The notes below the pieces were generated by a model, which saw only the letters and a program-made list of their open reading frames with translations, was not told the DNA's origin and made no database searches. Of a stretch of DNA of 64,000 nt, positions 17,097-27,168 are shown piece by piece. Origin of the DNA: Nocardiopsis listeri (GTDB lineage Bacteria; Actinomycetota; Actinomycetes; Streptosporangiales; Streptosporangiaceae); contig NZ_DYZD01000060.1 in assembly GCF_020741345.1 (NCBI RefSeq), positions 78 to 64,077 on the forward strand, written 5' to 3'. Numbering within the stretch: the first letter of the stretch is position 1; each line of letters begins with the position of its first letter. A program made the translations under genes and the position numbers.

Positions 17097-18671
17097 TCAT
17101 GAAGGTTCCTGTGCATCACAAGGACGGCGGGTGAGGGCGAACCACAGACGCATGCGCTGTTCGGGATCGGCCAGGTCCACGCCCAGGTCCCGTTCGATCC
17201 GCCCGATCCGGTAGCGGACGCTGTTGCGGTGCACGCCGAGGTCGGTGGCGGCCCGATCCCAGTTACCGTGCCTGGCCAGCCAGGTGTGCAGGGTCGCGCG
17301 AAGGGTGTGCGCGGCCGAGGTTGCCTCGTCCAACGGGCCGAGGATGTCCCGGGCGCCCCGGCCGGCGCCGCCGGGGTCGATGAGCGCGTCGAAGGGGTCG
17401 GTGGCCGGCGACCACAGCCGTGGTTCGTCCACGGCGCGGGCGCGCACCAACAGAGCGGCGGCCCGGCGATCGGCGGCGGGCAGGTCGTCGGGCGTGGTGG
17501 CCTCGCTCAGGGCGCCGATCCACCCATGGGAGCGCAGGAGCTCGAGGTGGTCGTGATGGGCCTGTTCCCCCCGGTCGGCGAGGACCGCGCGCACGACACC
17601 GCCGCCTTCCTCGGAGCCGGGGGCCAGATCGCTCAGGTGGGTGCCCAAGGGCAGGGCCGCGGCGGCGGTGCGGTGCCCTCGGGAGGCGGGCACCGCCCGC
17701 AGGACCCGGTATCCGTCCTCGCGGGCGCCGCCCGGGGTTGCGGCGCGAGGCTCGGGGGTGCGGGTGTCGGTGAGTTCGGTCAGGGCCGCGATGGCGCGGG
17801 GGTTCAGTTCACCGTCCAACAGCAGCGCGGTGAGCGGCAGGCCGGGAGCGGGCGGCTCCTCGCCCTCGGCGCGCAGCAGCAGATCGAGCAGGGCTGTGGC
17901 GGTGCGCAACACCTCCCTGTCGGTGATGCCCAGGGGTTCGGGGCGGCCCACCAGGACCACGCCCTGATGTTCGGGCGGGGTGCCCACGGTGTGCAGGAAG
18001 ACCTCGTCGGGACCGCTGTCGGCCTTGGCGCTGCGCGGCCCCGTGGGGGAGGTGAGTTTGGTGATCAGGGTGCGCAGTTCGGGATCGAGGTCGGTCGGCG
18101 CCCCCACGGTGCGCCGCACTCGCGCGTCGGGGTCGGCGGGGACGAGGGCGACCCAGGCTCCGAGTGCGTCGGCCAGCACCGCGGGCAGCCGTTCGACTGG
18201 GGTGGGCGCGGTGACGGCGCGGGCCAGGGCCTGGTGGGACTCGCCCAGACGACGCAGGTCGCGCAGGTGGCGCTCCTCCAGTTCCTCCCCCACGGCGCGG
18301 CTGACCGCGGCGAAGGGAGAGTTCTGCGGCACCTCCAACAGCGCAAGACCCTGCAGCCGACACTGTTCGACGAGGTCGGCGGGGACGGTCTGGTGTACGG
18401 GCGCCACTCCGAAGCCGAGGGCCCCGACCCCCGCGCGCACCAGTGAGGCCACGTAGGTGCGCACCTCCTGGGTGTCGGTGGGCAGGTTGGCCCCGGAGGT
18501 GAGGAGGAGTTCTCCGCCACGCAGGTAGTCGGCGGCCACGACGAGTTCGCTCGCCACCGCCCAGGTGATCGGCGGGTCACCGACCTCGACCACCGTGGTC
18601 AGGCCCAGATCGCGGCGGGCCACCACCACGCTCAAGGGCACGTGGTGGGCGTCGATCCCCTTCTTCGCCAT
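17097..18671 (-). CDS. PucR-family transcriptional regulator (524 aa)
   Basis: N-terminal WAVASEL...DYLRGGELLLTSG (PucR ligand domain); C-terminal WLARHGNWDRAATDLGVHRNSVRYRI HTH. Confidence 0.9.
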   Translation of the reverse strand: MAKKGIDAHHVPLSVVVARRDLGLTTVVEVGDPPITWAVASELVVAADYLRGGELLLTSGANLPTDTQEVRTYVASLVRAGVGALGFGVAPVHQTVPADLVEQCRLQGLALLEVPQNSPFAAVSRAVGEELEERHLRDLRRLGESHQALARAVTAPTPVERLPAVLADALGAWVALVPADPDARVRRTVGAPTDLDPELRTLITKLTSPTGPRSAKADSGPDEVFLHTVGTPPEHQGVVLVGRPEPLGITDREVLRTATALLDLLLRAEGEEPPAPGLPLTALLLDGELNPRAIAALTELTDTRTPEPRAATPGGAREDGYRVLRAVPASRGHRTAAAALPLGTHLSDLAPGSEEGGGVVRAVLADRGEQAHHDHLELLRSHGWIGALSEATTPDDLPAADRRAAALLVRARAVDEPRLWSPATDPFDALIDPGGAGRGARDILGPLDEATSAAHTLRATLHTWLARHGNWDRAATDLGVHRNSVRYRIGRIERDLGVDLADPEQRMRLWFALTRRPCDAQEPS

Positions 18672-18758
18672 GTTCCTCGTCCCCCTCGTTCCCCGGCCCG
18701 TCCGAGCCGATCCCCGTGTCCTGGACATGACGTACACGAGGACGCCTTCCGATCCGAC

Positions 18759-18773
18759 TGGACGATTCATCCA
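18759..18773. promoter_or_regulatory. Near-palindrome in PucR/symporter divergent region (candidate PucR site)
   Basis: TGGACGA-T-TCATCCA, one mismatch. Confidence 0.4.
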
Positions 18774-18925
18774 AAGTCAACCGAGGAGTGGTGCGGTTCG
18801 GCCACTGGAGTGGAGCCTACCGACTACCTACGCTGACCGAAGCGATGTGACCTGCGTCAACATCCCCATGGCCCGACCCTGCGCACCACCCCTGCCCCCC
18901 GAACCACTCCCCGCAAAGGAGCTTC

Positions 18926-20440
18926 ATGCTCATCGACACCGCGGTGATCGCCGCCTACCTCCTGGGCATGGTCGGCCTGGGCTGGTGGGGCATGCGCCGC
19001 GCCAAGAGCAAGTCCGACTACCTGGTCGCCGGCCGCCGCCTGGGCCCGCTGATGTACGCGGGCACCATGGCCGCCGTGGTCCTGGGCGGCGCCTCCACCG
19101 TCGGCGGGATCGGCCTTGGCTACACCTACGGGATCTCCGGAGCCTGGCTGGTCGTGGCCATCGGTGTCGGCATCCTGGCCCTGCACCTGTTCTTCGCCGA
19201 GCGCATCTCGCGGCTGAGGGTCTTCACCGTCTCCGAGATGCTGGACCTGCGCTACGGCGGGGACTCCCGAATCGTGTCGGCCCTGGTCATGTGGGGTTAC
19301 ACCTTCGTTCTGACGGTGCCCTCGACCCTGGCCTTCTCCACCATCTTCAGCGGTCTGTTCGAACTGCCGCGCGTGGTCGCGATCATCCTGGGCGGCTCCA
19401 TCGTGGTGCTGTACTCCACGATGGGCGGCATGTGGTCGGTGACGATGACCGACATGGCCCAGTTCGCGATCAAGACGATCGGGCTCCTGTTCATCCTGAC
19501 CCCGGTGGCGGTGTGGTCGGCCGGCGGTTTCTCCGGGATGCGCGAGTCGTTGGACCCCTCCTACTTCGACCCCACCGCCATCGGCGGGCAGACCGTACTC
19601 ACCTACTTCGTCATCTACTCGCTGGGCCTGCTCATCGGCCAGGACATCTGGCAGCGCGTCTTCACCGGCCGCGACGACAAGGTCGCCAAGGTGGGCGGCA
19701 TCGGCGCGGGCGTGTACTGCCTGATCTACGGCGTGTGCGGCGCGCTCATCGGCACGGCCGCCGCGGTGATGTTCCCGAACCTGGCCGACCCCGACCACTC
19801 CTTCACCCTCATGGTGGAGGCGACCCTGCCCACGGGTGTGGCCGGCCTGGTCCTGGCCGCCGCCCTGTCCGCGGTGATGTCCACCGCCAGCGGCGCCCTC
19901 ATCGCCTGCTCCACGGTGACCTCCACCGACCTGTGGCCGCGTGTGCGCGCCCTGTTCGGCGCGAAGAGGTCCGCGGAGGGCGACCAGGACGGTGACGAGG
20001 TGGCCGCCGGCCGGGTGTTCACGCTGCTCCTGGGGGTGGCGAGCATCTGCGTGGCGTTGGCCGTGGACAACGTGGTCGCCGCGCTCACGCTGGCCTACAA
20101 CATCCTGGTCGGCGGCCTGCTCGTCGCGATCCTCGGTGGCCTGGTATGGCGTCGGGGAACCCGCGTGGGCGCCCTGGCCTCGATGCTGGCCGGTTCCGTG
20201 GCCGTCATCGTGACCATGGCGATCACCGGACTGCTCGCCAACGAACCCATCTACGTGGGGCTGGGCACCGCGCTGGTGGTCTACGTGGCCGTCAGCCTGC
20301 TCACCCCGCCCACCGACCCCGCGGTACTGGAGCTGTGGCAGCGCCGTCTGCGCGGCCAGGACATCGGCTCCGAGACCGCGACGGAAACCGACGAGGACGC
20401 CACAAGCGTCGCGTCCACCGACCCGCCCCGGGACCGCTGA
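18926..20440 (+). CDS. Sodium:solute symporter family protein
   Basis: RBS AAGGAG; [41 protein letters not shown]; about 13 TM-like segments. Confidence 0.93.
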   Translation: MLIDTAVIAAYLLGMVGLGWWGMRRAKSKSDYLVAGRRLGPLMYAGTMAAVVLGGASTVGGIGLGYTYGISGAWLVVAIGVGILALHLFFAERISRLRVFTVSEMLDLRYGGDSRIVSALVMWGYTFVLTVPSTLAFSTIFSGLFELPRVVAIILGGSIVVLYSTMGGMWSVTMTDMAQFAIKTIGLLFILTPVAVWSAGGFSGMRESLDPSYFDPTAIGGQTVLTYFVIYSLGLLIGQDIWQRVFTGRDDKVAKVGGIGAGVYCLIYGVCGALIGTAAAVMFPNLADPDHSFTLMVEATLPTGVAGLVLAAALSAVMSTASGALIACSTVTSTDLWPRVRALFGAKRSAEGDQDGDEVAAGRVFTLLLGVASICVALAVDNVVAALTLAYNILVGGLLVAILGGLVWRRGTRVGALASMLAGSVAVIVTMAITGLLANEPIYVGLGTALVVYVAVSLLTPPTDPAVLELWQRRLRGQDIGSETATETDEDATSVASTDPPRDR

Positions 20441-20477
20441 CACCCACCACGGAACCGACGACACAGGAATGGATCAA

Positions 20478-21437
20478 ATGAACGCACCGATCGGACCCAC
20501 CGACTCCAGCCTCGTACCGCGTTTCGCCGGCCCGGCGACCTTCGCCCGGCTGCCCCGCATCGACCAGGTGGAACGGGCCGACATCGCCGTGATCGGGGTG
20601 CCCTTCGACACCGGTGTCTCCTACCGTCCCGGGGCCCGTTTCGGCCCCTCGGCGATCCGTGAGGCCAGCCGGCTGCTGCGTCCCTACAACCCCGGCCTGG
20701 ACGTGTCCCCATTCGAGCGCCTCCAGGTGGTGGACGGTGGCGACATCGCGGTGAACCCGTACTCGGTCGGGGACGCCGTGGAGACCCTGGACCAGGGCGC
20801 CTCCGAGTTCGTGCGCGCCGGGACCCGCCTGGTGACCCTGGGCGGCGACCACACGATCGCGCTGCCCCTGCTCAGGTCCCTGTACCGCGTGCACGGCCCG
20901 ATCGCCATGCTGCACTTCGACGCCCACCTGGACACCTGGGACACCTACTTCGGTGAGCCCTACACGCACGGCACCCCGTTCCGACGCGCGGTGGAGGAGG
21001 GCATCCTCGACACCGAGGCGATCGCCCACGTGGGCACCCGTGGCCCCCTGTACGGCAAGCGCGACCTGGAGGACGACCGTCGCTTCGGGTTCGGCATCGT
21101 CACCGCCGCCGACGTGCTGCGCAAGGGCGTGGACGAGATCGCCGACGCGCTGCGTCAGCGCATCGGGAACCGGCCGCTGTACGTGTCGGTGGACATCGAC
21201 GTCCTGGACCCGGCGCACGCCCCGGGCACCGGCACCCCGGAGGCCGGCGGGATCACGAGCAGGGAGCTGCTGGAGATCCTGCGCGGGTTGGCCGACCTGA
21301 ACCTGGTGGGCGCCGACGTGGTGGAGGTCGCCCCGGCCTACGACCACGCCCAGATCACCTCCACCGCTGCCTCGCACGTGGCCTACGACCTGGTGAGCCT
21401 GCTGGCCCTGAACCACCAGCGCAAGACGGAGGCCTGA
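20478..21437 (+). CDS. speB: Agmatinase/guanidinobutyrase-type ureohydrolase
   Basis: [48 protein letters not shown] Mn-binding motifs. Start 20478 fits the RBS; alternative 20469. Substrate not determinable from sequence. Confidence 0.9.
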   Translation: MNAPIGPTDSSLVPRFAGPATFARLPRIDQVERADIAVIGVPFDTGVSYRPGARFGPSAIREASRLLRPYNPGLDVSPFERLQVVDGGDIAVNPYSVGDAVETLDQGASEFVRAGTRLVTLGGDHTIALPLLRSLYRVHGPIAMLHFDAHLDTWDTYFGEPYTHGTPFRRAVEEGILDTEAIAHVGTRGPLYGKRDLEDDRRFGFGIVTAADVLRKGVDEIADALRQRIGNRPLYVSVDIDVLDPAHAPGTGTPEAGGITSRELLEILRGLADLNLVGADVVEVAPAYDHAQITSTAASHVAYDLVSLLALNHQRKTEA

Positions 21438-21441
21438 TCAC

Positions 21442-23082
21442 ATGGGTGGGAGCGCGCCGCGCAACGGTGGCGACCTGGTCACCGAGACCCTGACCGCGTT
21501 GGGGTCCCGGGTGTGCTTCGGCATCCCCGGCCAGCACGCGCTGGGGCTGTTCGACGCGCTGCGTCGAGCCCCCGGGCTGCGGTTCGTGTCGGCCAGGGTG
21601 GAGAACAACGCGGCCTTCGCCGCGGACGGGCACGCCCGGGCCACCGGTGAGGTCACCCCGTTGTTGGTCTCCACCGGGCCCGGCGCGCTGCTCACCCTGG
21701 CCTCGTTGCAGGAGTCCCGGGCGGCCTCGGCTCCGGTGCTGGTGATCAGCGGCCAGGTGCCGCGGGCGGGGCTGGGCGGTGGCCGCCACGGCTACCTGCA
21801 CGAGCTGCCCGAACAGGCGGCCTCCTTCGACAACGTCACCAAGTCGACGTTCACGGTCCGGCACGCCTCGCAGATTCCCTCGGCGCTGGTCGAGGCCTGG
21901 CGGACCGCCGCCCGGGCGCCCGCCGGCCCGGTGCTGGTGGAGATCCCGCAGGACGTGCTGCTGGAACCGACCGTCGTGCCTCCGGTGAGGGACGTGTCCG
22001 CTGCACCGACCCCGCTGGTTCCGCGCGCGGAGGTGGTGGACGAGGCGGTCCGCCTGTTGGACGGGGCGCGACGTCCGGTGGTGCTGGCCGGTGGCGGCGT
22101 GAGCCGTGCGGGCGGCCGGAAGGCGCTGCTGGAGCTGGCCGAGGCCCTTCGGGCACCGGTGGCCACCACCTTCGGCGGCAAGGACGCCTTCCCTTGGGAC
22201 CATCCGCTCTCGCTGCGGTCGTGGATCGAGGACCGGTACACCACCGCGTATCTGGAGGAGGCCGACGTGCTCCTGGTGGTGGGTTCGGGGCTGGGCGAGT
22301 TGTCCAGTAACTACCACACCATGGCGCCGCGAGGACGGGTGGTGCAGGTGGAGGCCGACCTCGGCAAGCTGGAGTCCAACGTTGCGGCGCTGGGGATCCA
22401 CGGCGACGCGGCCACGACCCTGGCGGCACTGGCCGCGAAGGTGCGGCCCCGCGTGAAGGATCCGGAGGTCGAGGCCGAGGTCGCCCGGGTTCTGGCCAGT
22501 GTGGCCGAACGGCTGGCCGGGCAGGATCTGGCCGCCGAACAGACCGTTCTGGCGGCGGTGCGCGCGGCACTCCCCGATGACGCTCCGAGCTTTTGGGACA
22601 TGACCGTGTTGGCGTACTGGGCGTGGTCGGCGTGGGACCCGCGCGAGGGCGCGATGCACTCGGCGCAGGGCTCCGGTGGACTCGGCTACGGGTTCCCCGC
22701 CGCGCTGGGCGCCGCCTCGACCGGAAGGGGTCCGGTGCTGGCGGTCTCCGGTGACGGCGGCGCCATGTACTCGATCGCGGAGCTGGCCACCGCGCGCCAG
22801 CACGACCTGGACGTGACGTGGTTGATCGTCGACGACGGCGGCTACGGGATCCTGCGCGAGTACATGGAGGGCGCCTTCGGGGAGGCCACCCACACGGAGC
22901 TGACCCGACCCGACTTCGTGGCCCTGGCCGCCTCGTTCGGGGTGCCCGCGACCCTCACCTCACCGGAGACGGTGAAGGTCGATCTGGCCGCCGCGCTGGC
23001 CGTCCCGGGACCGAGCGTGGTGGTGCTTCCCATGCACGTGAACATGTTCGCCCCCACCCACCTGGACGACCCCATGCCCTGA
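21442..23082 (+). CDS. Thiamine-diphosphate-dependent enzyme (acetolactate synthase-like/AruI-like decarboxylase)
   Basis: FGIPGQH, ARVENNAAFAADG (catalytic Glu), STGPG, GLGYGFPAALGA, SGDGGAMY. Confidence 0.88.
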   Translation: MGGSAPRNGGDLVTETLTALGSRVCFGIPGQHALGLFDALRRAPGLRFVSARVENNAAFAADGHARATGEVTPLLVSTGPGALLTLASLQESRAASAPVLVISGQVPRAGLGGGRHGYLHELPEQAASFDNVTKSTFTVRHASQIPSALVEAWRTAARAPAGPVLVEIPQDVLLEPTVVPPVRDVSAAPTPLVPRAEVVDEAVRLLDGARRPVVLAGGGVSRAGGRKALLELAEALRAPVATTFGGKDAFPWDHPLSLRSWIEDRYTTAYLEEADVLLVVGSGLGELSSNYHTMAPRGRVVQVEADLGKLESNVAALGIHGDAATTLAALAAKVRPRVKDPEVEAEVARVLASVAERLAGQDLAAEQTVLAAVRAALPDDAPSFWDMTVLAYWAWSAWDPREGAMHSAQGSGGLGYGFPAALGAASTGRGPVLAVSGDGGAMYSIAELATARQHDLDVTWLIVDDGGYGILREYMEGAFGEATHTELTRPDFVALAASFGVPATLTSPETVKVDLAAALAVPGPSVVVLPMHVNMFAPTHLDDPMP

Positions 23083-23100
23083 CCAGGACCCGGGTCAGGT

Positions 23101-23258
23101 CCCGAACATCCGCCGTCCGCACCGGACGGTCGACCCGCCCTCGGGGCACGCGTCAACGGCGCCGCGTGCCCCGAGGACACCCGAACATCCGAGTCCCCGA
23201 TGGGACACCGGTGTTCCGTTCCCGAGACGGCACGCGTCGACGACGCCGCGCGCCCGTC
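23101..23258 (+). repeat. Tandem duplicated structured element (two ~78-nt units)
   Basis: CCCGAACATCCG at 23101 and 23180; small GTCC..GGAC hairpins at 23113-23129 and 23193-23206; 27-nt core GGCACGCGTCRACGRCGCCGCGYGCCC at 23145-23171 and 23229-23255. Confidence 0.75.
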
Positions 23259-23319
23259 CCTGCTCGTTGAATCCCCGCTCCTTTCATCCCTCAGCAGTGC
23301 AGCCCTCAGGAGTACAGCC

Positions 23320-24825
23320 GTGTCCCAGTCCCGACCCGCCCCCGTGACGGTGGTGGAGACCCACGGGGTCGCACCGATCCCGGTCTCCGACCAGTCCTCA
23401 CGCCCCTTCGACCTGTTCCGTCTCACCTTCGGCGGCGCCAACACCTTCGCCACGATCATCCTGGGCACCCTGCCCATCGCCTACGGTCTGGGGTTCGCCG
23501 CGGCGGCCGCCGCCACCGTGGTCGGTGTGGTGCTCGGGGCGCTCATCCTCTCCCCCATGGCACTGTTCGGTCCCCGGACGCGCACCAACAACGCCGTCTC
23601 CTCCGGAGCGCACTTCGGCGTGGTGGGGCGTGCCCTGGGCTCCCTGCTGTCGTTGCTCACCGCCGTCACGTTCTTCTCGATCTCGGTGTGGGTGAGCGGT
23701 GACGCCATCGTCGGCGCCGCGCACCGGCTGGGGTTGCCCGGCGGCGACGCGCTGCGCGCGGTCTCCTACGGTGTGATCGCCGTGGCGGTGTTCGTGGTGT
23801 GCGTGTACGGCTACCAGTTCATGTTGCTCATCAACAAGATCGCCGTGGTGGCCGGCAGCGCCCTGATGTTGCTGGGCTTCGTGGCCTATGGGGGCGCGTT
23901 CGACCCCTCCTTCGCCGGCAGCGGCGACCACATCCTGGGCGGATTCTGGCCCACCTGGGTGCTGGCCGTGCTGACGGTGATGGCCAACCCGGTCTCCTTC
24001 GGCGGGTTCCTGGGCGACTGGTCGCGTTACATCCCGGCCACGACCTCCACCCGCCGACAGTTGGTGGCCCCGTTCATGGCCCAGCTGTGCACCCTGCTGC
24101 CGTTCGGGTTCGGGCTGTTCACCGCCACCCTGGTCGCCGACCCCGACCGCTACGTGTCCGGGCTGGCCGCCGTCTCCCCCTTCTGGTACGCGCTTCCGCT
24201 GCTGTTGGTGGCGCTGGTGGGGGGACTGTCCACCGGCACCACGGCGCTGTACGGCACCGGGCTGGACTTCTCCTCGCTGGTCCCTCGCCTGAACCGGGTA
24301 CAGGGCACCGTCGTGGTGGGTTTCCTGGCCCTGGCGCTGGTGTTCGTGGGCACGTTCCTGTTCGACTTCGTCGAAACGATCAACGCCTTCGCGATCCTCA
24401 TCGTCCTGCTCACCTCCCCCTGGATGGTGATCATGATGCTGGGCTACGTGTTCCGGCGCGGCCACTACCTGGTCGAGGACCTACAGGTGTTCAACGAGGG
24501 ACGCCGGGGCGGCAGGTACTGGTTCCGCTCGGGCGTCAACTGGCGCGCGATGACCGCGTGGCTGCTGTCCGCTCTGGCCGCCCTGCTGTTCGCCAACACC
24601 CCGCTGTTGGTCGGCCCGTTGGGGAACCTGGCCGCCGGCATCGACATCAGCCTTCCGGTGGCGCTGGCGACCGCCGCGATCGTCTACCCCACGGCGCTGT
24701 TCCTCTTCCCCGAACCGCGCTCGGTGTTCGGCCCCAAGGGCCCGCGCCTGGTGCCGGCACGCGAGGACAGCGAACCGGCCCCCGCAGCCACCACCGAGGA
24801 CGCGCCGACCATCGCGGCGCACTGA
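23320..24825 (+). CDS. NCS1/purine-cytosine permease family protein (501 aa)
   Basis: GTG start after CAGGAG; VETHGVAPIP, FGGANTF, GAHFGVVGR, DWSRYIP, LYGTGLD motifs. Confidence 0.88.
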   Translation: MSQSRPAPVTVVETHGVAPIPVSDQSSRPFDLFRLTFGGANTFATIILGTLPIAYGLGFAAAAAATVVGVVLGALILSPMALFGPRTRTNNAVSSGAHFGVVGRALGSLLSLLTAVTFFSISVWVSGDAIVGAAHRLGLPGGDALRAVSYGVIAVAVFVVCVYGYQFMLLINKIAVVAGSALMLLGFVAYGGAFDPSFAGSGDHILGGFWPTWVLAVLTVMANPVSFGGFLGDWSRYIPATTSTRRQLVAPFMAQLCTLLPFGFGLFTATLVADPDRYVSGLAAVSPFWYALPLLLVALVGGLSTGTTALYGTGLDFSSLVPRLNRVQGTVVVGFLALALVFVGTFLFDFVETINAFAILIVLLTSPWMVIMMLGYVFRRGHYLVEDLQVFNEGRRGGRYWFRSGVNWRAMTAWLLSALAALLFANTPLLVGPLGNLAAGIDISLPVALATAAIVYPTALFLFPEPRSVFGPKGPRLVPAREDSEPAPAATTEDAPTIAAH

Positions 24826-24856
24826 GACCACCCACGACTTCGATCGAAGGACCACC

Positions 24857-26290
24857 ATGAGCAGCCACGATCCCCTGTACAGCCTGGTCGACGGTGAGCC
24901 CCTGCACCCCAGGGGCGGGGCGACCCTGGACCTGGTCGACCCCGTCACCGGACAGGTGACCGGCCGGGCCGGGGTCTGCGGCCCCGCCGAGGTGGAGTCC
25001 GCCATGGACTCCGCGGCCCGCGCCTTCCGGTCCTGGCGCCGAGCCACACCCGCGCAGCGCCAGGACGCCCTGCTGGCGATCGCCGACGCCCTGGTCGAAC
25101 ACGCCGAGGAGTTCGCCGACGCCGAGTGCCGCGAGACCGGCAAGCCGCGCGCGTCGTTCCTGGACGAGGAGATCCCGTTCTGCGTGGACACCCTGCGATT
25201 CTTCGCCGGGTCAGCCCGACACCTGGAGGGCAAGGCCGCGGCCGAGTACGCCACCGATCGCACCTCCTGGATCCGCCGCGAACCGGTGGGCGTGTGCGTG
25301 GGCATCACTCCGTGGAACTACCCGCTGATGATGGCGGTGTGGAAGATCGGCCCGGCGCTGGCCGCGGGCAACACGGTGGTGCTCAAGCCCGCCGAGTCCA
25401 CCCCGAGCACCACGGTCCTGCTCGCCGAGATCGCCGCACGGGCGCTCCCCGCCGGTGTGGTCAACGCGGTGGTGGGCGACCGTGACACCGGCCGCCTGTT
25501 GGTGGAGCACCCGGCCACGCGCCTGGTGTCGGTCACCGGTTCGACCAGGGCGGGGGCACAGGTGGCCAAGGCGGCCGCCGACGACATCAAGCGCGTGCAC
25601 CTGGAGCTCGGCGGCAACGCCCCGGCGGTGGTCTTCGACGACGCCGACGTGGCCGGCGCCGCGGCCGGTGTGGTCGCGGGCGGTTTCCTCAACGCCGGAC
25701 AGGACTGCACCGCCGCCACCCGGGTCATCGTCCAGGAGGGGGTGCACGACGAGTTCGTCGCCGAGCTGACCCGTCTGGCGTCGGCGCAGGTCACCGGCCT
25801 GCCCTCGGACCAGGAGAGCGACTTCGGGCCGCTCAACAACGCCGACCAGTTCGCCCGGGTCACCGGGCTCTTGGAACGCCTGCCCGCGCACGCCAGGGTG
25901 GAGACGGGCGGACATCGGGTGGGCGAGGCCGGGTTCTTCCTCGCGCCCACCGTGGTCTCCGCTCTGCGCGCCGATGACGAGATCGTGCTGGAGGAGGTGT
26001 TCGGCCCGGTGGTGACCGTGCAGCGCTTCGCGGACGAGAGCGAGGCGGTCGAACTGGCCAACGGGGTCGAGCAGGGACTCGCCTCGTCGGTGTGGACCCG
26101 TGACCACGCGCGGGCGATGCGGGTCTGCGCCGAGCTGGACTTCGGCGCGGTGTGGCTCAACACCCACGGCGACCTGCTCTCGGAGATGCCGCACGGGGGC
26201 TTCAAGCGGTCCGGGTACGGCAAGGACCTGTCGGCCTACAGCCTGGAGGACTACACCCGCGTCAAGCACGTGATGAGCGCCCTGGACTGA
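24857..26290 (+). CDS. Aldehyde dehydrogenase (aminobutyraldehyde/guanidinobutyraldehyde dehydrogenase-like)
   Basis: ITPWNYP, VLKPAE, TGSTRAG, LELGGNAP, NAGQDCTA (catalytic Cys), EEVFGPV, HGGFKRSGYG. Confidence 0.92.
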   Translation: MSSHDPLYSLVDGEPLHPRGGATLDLVDPVTGQVTGRAGVCGPAEVESAMDSAARAFRSWRRATPAQRQDALLAIADALVEHAEEFADAECRETGKPRASFLDEEIPFCVDTLRFFAGSARHLEGKAAAEYATDRTSWIRREPVGVCVGITPWNYPLMMAVWKIGPALAAGNTVVLKPAESTPSTTVLLAEIAARALPAGVVNAVVGDRDTGRLLVEHPATRLVSVTGSTRAGAQVAKAAADDIKRVHLELGGNAPAVVFDDADVAGAAAGVVAGGFLNAGQDCTAATRVIVQEGVHDEFVAELTRLASAQVTGLPSDQESDFGPLNNADQFARVTGLLERLPAHARVETGGHRVGEAGFFLAPTVVSALRADDEIVLEEVFGPVVTVQRFADESEAVELANGVEQGLASSVWTRDHARAMRVCAELDFGAVWLNTHGDLLSEMPHGGFKRSGYGKDLSAYSLEDYTRVKHVMSALD

Positions 26291-26336
26291 CGCCGTTCGT
26301 GGACCGCCGCGCGCGGACCCGCCCAGGGGCCTTCCT

Positions 26337-26957
26337 CTAGACCCTGGCGGGTCCGCGTGTGCGCAGGTGGGACCAGGTGAGCTCGGCGACGTGTCCGGCC
26401 ATCGTGTCGGGGGTCTCGTCCGGGTGGTCCAGGAGCCAGTCCGCGAAGGCGTCGGCGGTGCTCACCGCCACCCGGGCCAACAGTTGGGCGTCGCGGACGT
26501 CCATGTCGCCGTAGTCGTCGCGGGTGCAGGCGGTGATGAGATCGGCCATCTCCGCGGTGACACGGTCGCGCATACGGGCGGTCTCGGCCTCGAAGGGCCG
26601 CCCCTGCGCGGCGGCGCGCCGGTAGAGCACGGTCCAGCTCTCGCGGTTGTCGACCACGAACGCGAAGAAGGCGCGCATGCCACGGCGCAGCGGGTCGTCG
26701 TCGATGGGACTGGGTGCGTGCACGGCGCTACGGATGGCCTCGATGAGGCGTTCCATCTCCCGGCGCACGCAGGCGGTGAAAATACCCTCCTTGGAACCCA
26801 GGTAGTGGTACGCGGTGGGTTTGGAGGTCCCGGCGGCCGTCGCGATCTCCTCCACGCTGACGGTGTGGTAGTCGCCCCGGGAGAACGCGGAAACGGCGGC
26901 GTCGATCAGCTGTTGTTCCCTGACCCCGCGCGGGAGCCTGCGTTGTTTGGTCTTCAC
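26337..26957 (-). CDS. TetR/AcrR-family regulator
   Basis: RREQQLIDAAV-like N-terminal helix, SVEEIATAAGTSKPTAYHYLGSKEG HTH. Start estimated at GTG 26957. Confidence 0.85.
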   Translation of the reverse strand: MKTKQRRLPRGVREQQLIDAAVSAFSRGDYHTVSVEEIATAAGTSKPTAYHYLGSKEGIFTACVRREMERLIEAIRSAVHAPSPIDDDPLRRGMRAFFAFVVDNRESWTVLYRRAAAQGRPFEAETARMRDRVTAEMADLITACTRDDYGDMDVRDAQLLARVAVSTADAFADWLLDHPDETPDTMAGHVAELTWSHLRTRGPARV

Positions 26958-27168
26958 GTGAACCGACCCTAACGGGATCGGTGGAGGTGGCCAGGGGAGA
27001 CCGTGGGCGTGGCGGGCCGCCCGAGCCGGGACCGGTCGGCCTCGCGCGTGTGACCTGTGGGGCCGCGGCCGCATTGAATCCCGGGGGTGGCGCATCCCAC
27101 ATTCCGAGACGTTCGAGTGGGCGGATTCCGCACGGACGTGCGCGGAACCCGCCTCTTTCGTTCGGCCG

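Noticed and set aside
23078-23100. CCCGGGTCAGG resembling part of the guanidine-III (ykkC-III) riboswitch
   Set aside because: The rest of the motif and the pseudoknot partner are absent; the segment is explained by a simple CCTGACC/GGTCAGG hairpin at the stop codon.
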